NCBI GenBank assembly: GCA_030831125.1
Contig: JAURLQ010000024.1
Span: 13,280 to 77,279, forward strand
Length of the DNA stretch: 64,000 bases
Source of the DNA: Gammaproteobacteria bacterium
GTDB lineage: Bacteria; Pseudomonadota; Gammaproteobacteria; Pseudomonadales; Pseudohongiellaceae
Direction of reading: 5' to 3'
Part shown: positions 37,884-45,917 of the stretch, piece by piece
How positions within the stretch are numbered: the first letter of the stretch is position 1
How the letters are laid out: each line of letters starts with the position of its first letter
The notes under the pieces: generated by a model
Database searches by the model: none
What the model was told of the DNA's origin: nothing
What the model saw: only the letters and a program-made list of their open reading frames with translations
Program-made: the position numbers and the translations under genes

Positions 37884-38311
37884 TGCAGCTTGCTGGACTG
37901 TGTTGTTCGCAAGGCTCTTTCGTAAAGAGCCTTTTTGAAGACATAGACGGGACCATGCAGCAGGCCCGAACATAACATGAAGGGCAGGATACTGATCATG
38001 AAAAGCGTGTTGATAAACAGACGAATCGCCGGGAATAGTTCTTCCGGGTGACTTTTTTCAATTTGGTGCCTGGTATATTCAGCAAGTTCAACCGGCTTTC
38101 CCCTGATTTCGTTGGCCCAGATTGCCGAAATATATTTCTGGTAGCTGCGCCTGGGATACTTCTTCCACAGCAGTATGTGATATCGGTTGTAATATCGCCA
38201 GCTTTCATAGACTGCAACAGCCTTGAAAAACGCACCTGCAGAAGCCCCATAAACCAGACTCCAGATGAGTATCACCGGATAGAAAAGGATGGCTGGAGCG
38301 CTGGAGAGCAT
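37880..38311 (-). CDS. Small hypothetical membrane protein (two hydrophobic segments)
   Basis: 143 aa. Hydrophobic stretches 'APAILFYPVILIWSLVYGASAGAFF' and 'LFINTLFMISILPFMLCSGLL' flank a charged loop. I recognise no family. Coupling to the receiver gene supports it being real. Confidence 0.55.
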   Translation of the reverse strand: MLSSAPAILFYPVILIWSLVYGASAGAFFKAVAVYESWRYYNRYHILLWKKYPRRSYQKYISAIWANEIRGKPVELAEYTRHQIEKSHPEELFPAIRLFINTLFMISILPFMLCSGLLHGPVYVFKKALYERALRTTQSSKLQ

Positions 38312-38589
38312 GTCTGGATAAATTTTCGTATCCTCATTTTTTAAAAGTATACAACACTAGTTTGAACCACAAACAGGAGTTTGGGCAGATCAGGATACAT
38401 TACCCCGGATGGGTTGAGGGCCTGGCTAGAAGAGTGCAACATGTGATGGCGAGAGTCTTGTGATTATCAGGGAAGGCCCTCAAACTCGCGTTATGACATA
38501 TTGAGGACCGGATGAAGCAGATCTGCATTCTGCTCATCTCATAATGCTATTATTGAGAAGCCGGGTGGGCATTGAGGCAGGGAGAAAAA

Positions 38590-40068
38590 ATGAAGCTGTT
38601 TGTTGACAGGAACAGACTCTATCTGGTCCTGGTATATTTCTCGCTGTCGTTCTTCTACCTGTCCTTTATTCTTGACGGGATGGACGACCCTGTTCCGCTG
38701 CTGGGTTATATACTCGCGTTCATCGTGGTCATCGTCACCAGTCATGATGCACTGCTGCGCATAATCAGTCAGGCTACAGGACATCTTACAACCAGCACTG
38801 AGCTTGACTATTTTTCTGCATTCATTGAATTGAACAGGAAAATGCACAACTTTCTTGAAGTTGACGATGTGTTGATGATGGTCAGTGAAACACTGAGGCA
38901 GAAGGTCCAGCTGCACAATATTGTTTTCCTTGTTTCCAATGAGGTCGTCAGTGGTGTGGATGAGGTGGAAGGCAGTAATGACCGCATGCTTGCTCTGCAC
39001 AGTTGGCCGGATTCAAGAGAATGGGCATTCCACACGCCGGATTTCGAGCAGGAAGTTTCCGGGAAATGCCGATTGTGTTCATTTGCGGATGCAGATCCTC
39101 TGACTGTCAATGCACTTCGTGAAACAGGAACATCCTTCATGCTGCCCATAGTCCAGAATGGCAAGGTGCTATGCATCATCCTGGCAGGCCGGACTGATGA
39201 AAAGCCCTATACGGAATTTGAGTACCAGATGTTTGATTATCTGGCCAATCAGCTGTCCATCATTCTTGACCGTATACGTGTTTATGCCAAGGTTATGCAC
39301 CAGACCGCCATGGATCATGCAGAAAAACTCCAGGTCATGCAGAGTCTCAGTGCCAATATTGCACATGAAATGAGAACTCCTCTTTCAGGTATCAGGGCGA
39401 GTATCAGTGGTATTGAGGAATACCTGCCCCAATTGATGGCCAGTCATGAATGGTGCTCAAAACATGCTCCTGAACATGCGCCTGCTATCAGGGAGGGTCA
39501 TCTTAATATCCTGCAGACTTCACCAAGACGCATCAAGCTGATGATTGATCAGGCCAATACTGTCATTGATATGTTGTTGATGAATCTGCGGGACAACTTA
39601 TTTGACAGAAGACAGCTCAATCCGATTGGTGCTGCAGATATCATAGAGCAGGCAGTGGACAGGTATCCCTTCAAGAGTGGAGAGCGGGAAAAACTCAATC
39701 TTGACCTTGATGATGATTTTACTTTCCTCGGGGTTGAGAGTCTTTTTATCTATATATTTTTCAATCTGCTCAAGAACGCCTATTACTCGATACAGTCGGC
39801 GCAAAAAGGAGGAATCACCATCAGACTTGAAACCGGTGAAAGATTCAACAGAATCATTTTTCGTGATACAGGAACTGGTATCGACAGCACCATTATAGGC
39901 CGGATTTTTGACGGCTTCTTTACTACCAAGAGTGACGGTACTGGTGCAGGTCTCGCATTCTGTAAAAGAACAGTGCTGAGTTTCGGTGGCGAAATTGAAT
40001 GTGAGTCAGTGCATGGTGAATTCACTCAGTTCAGGATCAGTTTGCCTGTATTCGAAGGCGTATCCTGA
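38590..40068 (+). CDS. Sensor histidine kinase: 2 TM - GAF-like - HisKA - HATPase_c
   Basis: ATG 38590 is preceded by GGGAG. H-box 'NIAHEMRTPLSGI', N-box 'FNLLKNAYYS', 'RDTGTGID' and 'GTGAGLAFCKR'. GAF-like segment 'MLPIVQNGKVLCIILAGRTDEKPYTEFEYQMFDYLANQ'. Confidence 0.85.
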   Translation: MKLFVDRNRLYLVLVYFSLSFFYLSFILDGMDDPVPLLGYILAFIVVIVTSHDALLRIISQATGHLTTSTELDYFSAFIELNRKMHNFLEVDDVLMMVSETLRQKVQLHNIVFLVSNEVVSGVDEVEGSNDRMLALHSWPDSREWAFHTPDFEQEVSGKCRLCSFADADPLTVNALRETGTSFMLPIVQNGKVLCIILAGRTDEKPYTEFEYQMFDYLANQLSIILDRIRVYAKVMHQTAMDHAEKLQVMQSLSANIAHEMRTPLSGIRASISGIEEYLPQLMASHEWCSKHAPEHAPAIREGHLNILQTSPRRIKLMIDQANTVIDMLLMNLRDNLFDRRQLNPIGAADIIEQAVDRYPFKSGEREKLNLDLDDDFTFLGVESLFIYIFFNLLKNAYYSIQSAQKGGITIRLETGERFNRIIFRDTGTGIDSTIIGRIFDGFFTTKSDGTGAGLAFCKRTVLSFGGEIECESVHGEFTQFRISLPVFEGVS

Positions 40069-40095
40069 GATTGGGAAAATGCCGTAATGATTTTC

Positions 40096-41139
40096 TCAAT
40101 GCACTATCTGGGGCAATACCGGATTGCTTTCCATGAAGTTGTTGAATGAAAAAACCTGTTTCCCGTGGATATGCGGCAGGCATTCATCATTGGTTATTGT
40201 GGTGAAATAACTGAAGCCTCTGGATTTGATTTCATGTGCCGGAAAATAATACAGATTCCATTGTGCCAGGAATGGGTGGCTGGCATTGAGTTCAACACCA
40301 AGGACATCAAACACCGGCAGCAGTTTGCCCACCTTTACTTTTGATAGCAGCTCTGCCGGAGCGCCCGCACTTTCAAGTTGTTCGCAATGACTGGCCAGTG
40401 CTTCCTGATGATAAATCAGCAGGCACTGTTTTTTGCCGTCCCCATCGACCATCAGAAATCCACTGTGTGGCGAATCTAGCATGTAGTACTCGATGCAGCC
40501 CGTTTTGGTTCTCAACTCCCGGAAAAATTCCTGGAACTCACTGTTTACCAGAAAGGCATCCTGGTTGTTGGCTATGATGGGATCGGTAATCAGCTTGAAA
40601 CTGCTGCGAAAATACTGATCCTGGAAAGTGGCTATGGTACCGTTCAGTTTCTTTTTCAGGCGTGGGTCGTGCTTGTCAATGAACTGGTCTATGAGCTGTT
40701 GATTGAATGCCTTCACTGCAAGTTCCATGTCTGCCTGGCCGGTAAGCAGCACTTTCCGGATAAAGGGGTTGGTCATTTTCATCAGGAATTCCAGGCCATT
40801 CATTTCAGGCATCGAATAGTCGACCACTACAGTTGAACAGGTCTGGAAGCGCGACCAATTGAGAACTTCATGATGCAGTTTGCCGATATCAATATGTGAG
40901 AGAGAATCCGATTCCAGTGGTCCGGTTTTGTAGTTTGCATAGCAGCGCTGCAAAAAGTTCACGTGTCTGTGTGCATTATTGACATAACCCAGCGCTGCAT
41001 TGGCAGACTGGAAAAGCTTGAAGCTGAGATTCTTGTCCAGCATGAGACTTATGCCGTCCAGAAAATCAGGATCATCATCCACGAGTACTACCTGGGTGGG
41101 AAAATAGAAAGGATGACCTACACTGATGCCTTCTGACAT
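40096..41139 (-). CDS. Atypical response regulator: receiver with ~40-aa insertion plus uncharacterised ~170-aa C-terminal domain (LqsR-like architecture)
   Basis: 'VVLVDDDPDF', acceptor Asp in 'VVVDYSMPEMNG' at about residue 107, 'VLLTGQAD' and 'KHD'. No HTH or enzymatic motif is seen in the C-terminal half. 347 aa. Confidence 0.7.
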   Translation of the reverse strand: MSEGISVGHPFYFPTQVVLVDDDPDFLDGISLMLDKNLSFKLFQSANAALGYVNNAHRHVNFLQRCYANYKTGPLESDSLSHIDIGKLHHEVLNWSRFQTCSTVVVDYSMPEMNGLEFLMKMTNPFIRKVLLTGQADMELAVKAFNQQLIDQFIDKHDPRLKKKLNGTIATFQDQYFRSSFKLITDPIIANNQDAFLVNSEFQEFFRELRTKTGCIEYYMLDSPHSGFLMVDGDGKKQCLLIYHQEALASHCEQLESAGAPAELLSKVKVGKLLPVFDVLGVELNASHPFLAQWNLYYFPAHEIKSRGFSYFTTITNDECLPHIHGKQVFSFNNFMESNPVLPQIVH

Positions 41140-41148
41140 GACTGTTCC

Positions 41149-42507
41149 CTAACGCTCTTCTCTGGATTCCTGGTCTGGCAGCAAGTGTCTGCATTGTCTT
41201 TGCAGAAGTTCGGCATGTGTGCCAGACCGCGATGTAATTATAAAACTGCCCATGGTGAGCCTGCCTTCATCAAGCGTGAATGGTTCGGATTGTGCTACAG
41301 CAAATCGACTCTGGCCATCTGCCAGATCATAACTGAGCTCGCTGGCAAGAATCTGGTTGGCATTTCCGTGTTGCAGCATTTCCTGGACCAGCTCTACCGG
41401 CTTGCCAATGATGGATTCTTCCCGCGTCTTGTCTCCTTCGGATCTGGATTTTTTCCACAGGGGAGAAAAATAGGCGTCACCGCTATGCACAGCTATACGG
41501 AAATCCAGCGATTGTGCCTTGCGTGCTTTCTGATTGGCTGCAAACTCCTGCATCAACAGCAGAAAGAGCTGGGCAAAACAGATGGCGTTACCGGCATGAT
41601 CATCCTGACAGCGCCTTGTATCGAAGGTAACCAGACTCAGATTTCCCTGGGTCCTTGTGACCACCCCCCGGTAAAGACGGGCAGCCTGTCGGATATAGAA
41701 CTGATATTGCTGCAGCAGGATGGAGAGTGTGCCGGGATGAAGCAGTTCGATGGCTGTCTGGGCATTGACTACCTCTATAGCCACTACGGTTGTCATGCGG
41801 CGCTCGGCTTTGAGGTTCTGCTCTTCTTCTTCAGAAGGGTCCGGAATGCCGGTACTGGCAATCTGTTCCTCAAGCTCGGAAACACGATTCCATAGTTCGA
41901 TAAATCTGAGTTGGACGAGTTGCACTTCAGGCACTGTGCTCAGCTGTAATGGGACAGCATCTTCTGTGGGCTCTTCCGGAGTGCTGTTGACCAGCTCCTC
42001 CAGTGGCCTTGTAAAGGTCTGTGCAAGTATCCAGGCCAGAACAATGGTCAGCAGCAGTCCTGCAGCAATTGTTGCGTAGTAGGCTGCCTGTGGCGTGGTC
42101 AGGGGGTTGGTGTTGGTAGCCGGATCAAGTGTCAGAATCACAAATCCGGCTACAGCCTCCTGCAGGGATACCGGTGCACGGTATACCCCGGGCATCGAGG
42201 TGTCAGGAATGCTTGCAGTCGGTGCTGTAGGCGCCAGAATGCGGCCATCAACATCTGTGATTATGATGCCGCTTATGCCTTCTTCCCGACCCAACTGGCT
42301 GGCCACGACATTGAGCCCCAGCTGATCATTCGCAAGGACCAGTTCAGTTACCGAATCTGCAGCCTGTCTGGCCAGGACCTGCCCGAGAATATCCTGCTGG
42401 GCCAGCAGAGTGCGATCCATTTGCAGTTTCAGGGTAATCCAGAAACCAGTTGTCAGGACGATGAGCAGAAGCGAGAAGGCCAGCGTAATACGGATCCTGA
42501 TGGTCAT
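41149..42507 (-). CDS. Membrane sensor protein with degenerate class III nucleotidyl-cyclase-like C-terminal domain
   Basis: TM1 (residues ~5-25), a ~120-aa periplasmic segment, TM2 and 'FTRPLEEL' (HAMP-like start). An acidic coiled linker follows, then 'TTVVAIEVVNAQ ... GNLSLVTF ... FRIAVHSGDAYF ... IIGKPVELVQEM', which follows the cyclase-homology-domain strand order but has lost key catalytic residues. Confidence 0.5.
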   Translation of the reverse strand: MTIRIRITLAFSLLLIVLTTGFWITLKLQMDRTLLAQQDILGQVLARQAADSVTELVLANDQLGLNVVASQLGREEGISGIIITDVDGRILAPTAPTASIPDTSMPGVYRAPVSLQEAVAGFVILTLDPATNTNPLTTPQAAYYATIAAGLLLTIVLAWILAQTFTRPLEELVNSTPEEPTEDAVPLQLSTVPEVQLVQLRFIELWNRVSELEEQIASTGIPDPSEEEEQNLKAERRMTTVVAIEVVNAQTAIELLHPGTLSILLQQYQFYIRQAARLYRGVVTRTQGNLSLVTFDTRRCQDDHAGNAICFAQLFLLLMQEFAANQKARKAQSLDFRIAVHSGDAYFSPLWKKSRSEGDKTREESIIGKPVELVQEMLQHGNANQILASELSYDLADGQSRFAVAQSEPFTLDEGRLTMGSFIITSRSGTHAELLQRQCRHLLPDQESREER

Positions 42508-42619
42508 CAGCTTTCACCTCCCGCATTGCTTGTAAGCACTGTAAACTGCATGCGCATGACAGTTCGGTCAGGAAATTCGGGGAGGAAATCAGCTGCTTTT
42601 CCGGTGAGATAGTCTGTCA

Positions 42620-44725
42620 TCATTGTTGTGCTGCAAGTGTTATCGCTTTTTCAACCATGAATTCATAGTGCATTTCGTGGCAGGGTGACTGCAGTGCAAA
42701 ACCCTGGACAAAATCAGCACCTGACTCCCATAGTACCGGCAGAACGTCCATGTCTTCTACATTCGGGATCAGCACTTTGGTATTCCTGGCGTGCAGCGTT
42801 TGTATCATCTTTTGTACGTGGCTTCTCTGCTGCGTACTGTAAATGATGTCGCGTACCAGTGTTACATCAAATTTGATAAATGCGGGCTTGATTTCATCCA
42901 GAATCGGGTAGGGGTCTATGGCGCAACCGAAATGGCAGATTGATATCCCTATGCCAAGTTCAGCAAGCCCATGGCAGAAATTGAGGGCGCAGTCCCTCGT
43001 GCTGTACAAATCAACTTCACTGATTTCAATGGTCAGTCTGCCACAGTTCACCCGCCTGCAGGAGAGCTGTTCACTCAGCCATGGCAGGAAAGTACGGCTG
43101 ACCAGGGTATTGGGAGTGATTTTCAGGACCAGGGACTCTTCAAGTGCCTGATTTGCCAGTTGCTCCAGAACCATGCTTGCTACCAGTCGGTCCAGCTGCT
43201 CACCCAGGCCATTGAGATTAGCCAGCCAAAGGTAAGTATCCGGACTTGTTTCCTTGCCATCACTGTCCAGCATGCGGCTGAGAACCTCATAGCCGGGACG
43301 GTTCTGCCCCTTCAGATCTATGACAGGCTGATAAGCCAGCCTGAATTTTTTCTGCTGCAGTGCCATTTGCAGGTAGCGCAGGATACCTGAGGCACCATGC
43401 TGACCGGTCTCATTGCCACAAAAGGAGAAAGGGGATTCATTTTCAGGATGCTCCTGAGGCAAACGGGTGCGAGCACGTTCCAGCACGGATTCCGCATCAT
43501 GGCTATTGTCATTGATCAGGGACATCCCGATTGAACAACCAGGTTCCCGGGTGTCCTGCATGGCAGGAGATAGCGTTTTGTTGATCTGGGTGCGGATTTC
43601 CCGTCCAAGCAGAATTATCCTGTCAGGATTGCTTTCATATACAAGCAGTCCGAATACATGAGCATCCAGGCGTGCGGCTGCAAACGGCATTTTGATGGTT
43701 TTTTGTAGCCAGGCTGCAATGTCATTGAGCACCATATTGGCATTGGCTTTGCCAATACTTGAGCTGATATCCACAAGAGCGTTCAGCTCTACTACCAGTA
43801 GAGCACTGAAAATCCGGGATTCATACGCCTTGAGGATGGCTTTCTCGATCCTGTTTGTAAAAGATTTACGGTTTTCCAGACGAGTCAACAAGTCACGGGA
43901 CTGCAGTTTTTCAAGTTCTTCCCGGTATTGTGCATTGCCACTGTCGTGCTCTGCTTTAAGCTGCAGGCAGTTTTTGCCATTGTGCCGCGTCGGAGTGAAC
44001 AGACATTTCAGGGCATGTACACTCCTATTGAGCGTTAACCCCCGAATGCAGATCGATGCATTGTTTTCCATGGCCTGCAACAGGTTTCGGACTTTTTCCC
44101 TGTCCTGTTGTGCCACGAGATCCAGAAATGGTGTGGTCCTGATTGTATCCGTATCCGGGTATTCAAACAGTGCTGCGTAGCTGCTGTTGCAATAGATATG
44201 CAGGCCATCAAGCATGCATGCGTAGGGAGCAGGGCTGTCATCCATAAGGTGACTCAGTCTTTGTGCTGTTTGCCTGAAATCGAGTTCAAGCGCAGCGAGC
44301 CTGCGGTGTAATTGCCGATAAGCAGATTCCCGGCTGATGCCTCTGGCCAGCCTTTCAGATTCGTTTGTGGCAATTACGTCACATGCTCCTTCCCTGAACA
44401 GAGCCTGGCGTGCGGTTGCGGCTATATGGTCGTCTACTACCAGCACGGACAGCGGGGCTTCCTGTTGTTGTACTGTCTGTAGTACAGCTGGTGCAGAAAG
44501 CGCGGGAAAACTGTGGCACACCAGCACATCCCAGGAGTGGGTGCAAAGCAGTGTTGCAAGCTCATCACCCTTGCAAGTATGCGCGGCCTTGATGGACAAG
44601 CCTGCATGCCTGAGATCACTGATCATCCTGTTGGCAATCGCGCTGCTGGCAGCAGTTACCAGCAAGCGAATGGTAGTGCTCTGTTCGTCCATGATATTGG
44701 CGTTGCCAGGCATAGCCTGCCTCAT
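42620..44725 (-). CDS. FimX-like degenerate REC-PAS-GGDEF-EAL protein (probable c-di-GMP receptor)
   Basis: The REC-like N-terminus lacks the acidic pocket and acceptor ('LLVTAASS', 'WDVLVCHS'), and a PAS-like segment follows. The GGDEF domain starts with 'DLLTRLENRKSF', but the signature is replaced by 'RLDAHVF'. The EAL domain has 'YQPVIDL...YEVLSRM' (EVL), 'ITPNTL', 'IEISE', 'ICHFG' in place of DDFG, 'IKFD' and 'VQGF'. Confidence 0.75.
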   Translation of the reverse strand: MRQAMPGNANIMDEQSTTIRLLVTAASSAIANRMISDLRHAGLSIKAAHTCKGDELATLLCTHSWDVLVCHSFPALSAPAVLQTVQQQEAPLSVLVVDDHIAATARQALFREGACDVIATNESERLARGISRESAYRQLHRRLAALELDFRQTAQRLSHLMDDSPAPYACMLDGLHIYCNSSYAALFEYPDTDTIRTTPFLDLVAQQDREKVRNLLQAMENNASICIRGLTLNRSVHALKCLFTPTRHNGKNCLQLKAEHDSGNAQYREELEKLQSRDLLTRLENRKSFTNRIEKAILKAYESRIFSALLVVELNALVDISSSIGKANANMVLNDIAAWLQKTIKMPFAAARLDAHVFGLLVYESNPDRIILLGREIRTQINKTLSPAMQDTREPGCSIGMSLINDNSHDAESVLERARTRLPQEHPENESPFSFCGNETGQHGASGILRYLQMALQQKKFRLAYQPVIDLKGQNRPGYEVLSRMLDSDGKETSPDTYLWLANLNGLGEQLDRLVASMVLEQLANQALEESLVLKITPNTLVSRTFLPWLSEQLSCRRVNCGRLTIEISEVDLYSTRDCALNFCHGLAELGIGISICHFGCAIDPYPILDEIKPAFIKFDVTLVRDIIYSTQQRSHVQKMIQTLHARNTKVLIPNVEDMDVLPVLWESGADFVQGFALQSPCHEMHYEFMVEKAITLAAQQ

Positions 44726-44748
44726 TCTCCTGGTATTGTCCGGGTAAT

Positions 44749-45753
44749 TCAGAGCACAAGTGTCTTCGAAAACCCTCCGGCCTCTTCCCTGACCAGTTTA
44801 GGAACCAGATAACCGGGCAAGACCAGTTGCATCGCACTGTGCAGTGCCTTTGCCCGGGTTTCTCCAGCATCAAAATGGGCCGCTCCGGCCACCTTGTCCA
44901 GTATATGAAGATAGTACGGCTGTACACCTGCCGCAAACAAACGTTCGCTGAGTTTGCAGAGTGTGTCGGGGTCGTCATTGACCCCTTTGAGTAACACGCT
45001 CTGGTTCAGCAGCAGTACGCGGTGTTCCTGCAGGCGTACACATGCAGATTCCAGTGCATCTCCAAGTTCCCGGGGGTGATTGGCGTGCAGGACCATGACC
45101 ATCTTGCCCGCATGTCTGCCCATAATGGCCAACAGGGCGCGATCAACCCGATCAGGAAGTACTACAGGGAGTCGCGTGTGAATTCTCACCCGTGTGACAT
45201 TGGGCAGCTCGAACAGCGCGTCGATCAGCCATTGCAAATACCTGTTCGGAACTGCAAGTGGATCCCCGCCACTGAGAATTACCTCGTTGATTTGCGGGTT
45301 TTGTCCAATGTAGTTGAAGCTTGCTTGCAGTTCCTGCCGGCTTCTGAGGTTTTCAGAGTAGGGGAAGTGGCGTCTGAAACAGTAGCGGCAGTGAATGGCG
45401 CAGGCACTGGTTACCACAAGCAGTACCCGGTTGGAGTATTTGTGCAGCAGCCCCGGTTTTGCCAGCGATGCATCTTCATCCAGGGGGTCATTCGTGTACC
45501 CTGCTGAGGGGACAGTTTCATCATGATGGGGCAAGACCTGCCTGAGAAGCGGGTCTGCCGGGTCCCCCGGTTGCATCAGTGCCATGTAGCTCCGGGTCAG
45601 TCTCAGTGGGAAGTCGGCCAGTGCTTCGGCAGAATAACCGACATCTTCTGGCGTGAGTTTGAGGCAGTGAAGCAGTTCCGCCGGATCTGTGACCAGGTTT
45701 GCCAGTTGTTCCTGCCAGGAAAGTGTCTGTTGAAGCGGGATGGGATGCAGCAT
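44749..45753 (-). CDS. epmB: EF-P beta-lysylation protein, lysine 2,3-aminomutase-like radical SAM enzyme
   Basis: Radical-SAM 'CAIHCRYCFRR'. It is divergent from efp, as in E. coli yjeK-efp. Confidence 0.88.
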   Translation of the reverse strand: MLHPIPLQQTLSWQEQLANLVTDPAELLHCLKLTPEDVGYSAEALADFPLRLTRSYMALMQPGDPADPLLRQVLPHHDETVPSAGYTNDPLDEDASLAKPGLLHKYSNRVLLVVTSACAIHCRYCFRRHFPYSENLRSRQELQASFNYIGQNPQINEVILSGGDPLAVPNRYLQWLIDALFELPNVTRVRIHTRLPVVLPDRVDRALLAIMGRHAGKMVMVLHANHPRELGDALESACVRLQEHRVLLLNQSVLLKGVNDDPDTLCKLSERLFAAGVQPYYLHILDKVAGAAHFDAGETRAKALHSAMQLVLPGYLVPKLVREEAGGFSKTLVL

Positions 45754-45917
45754 GTGCGGATTATCCGGGGATCAAGGTCCCAGCGCCATCATCAGAAGGT
45801 ATCTGGCGTGATTTTCCGTTGCCTACAGGCTGTGCTATGGATTGAAATCGGGTGCAAAGGTATCATTCGCCCCTTTTCACAGTCAGGCATGCAGATTGCC
45901 TGTTACACGAGGTCAAG

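Noticed and set aside
38414-38483. A 9-bp inverted repeat, TTGAGGGCC (38414-38422) and GGCCCTCAA (38475-38483), plus a 10-codon ORF (38512-38544) in the divergent spacer upstream of the 2TM-GAF kinase.
   Set aside because: The arms are short with a 52-nt spacer, so the pairing is weak and plausibly chance. The mini-ORF has no SD and no features of a leader peptide.
38590-40068. I considered whether the 2TM-GAF kinase is an LqsS/CqsS-type autoinducer receptor partnering the LqsR-like protein.
   Set aside because: LqsS/CqsS sensors have six N-terminal TM helices and no GAF domain. This kinase has two TM helices plus a GAF-like domain, and its phospho-His is at about residue 259. Only the catalytic core looks vaguely similar ('GLAFCKR'), which is not enough.
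33939-44725. I looked for mobile-element boundaries around the signalling island: integrase, transposase, a flanking tRNA, or long direct repeats.
   Set aside because: None was found by eye. An accessory origin is suggested only by gene content and an apparent AT shift, so I do not call it a mobile element or genomic island in the strict sense.
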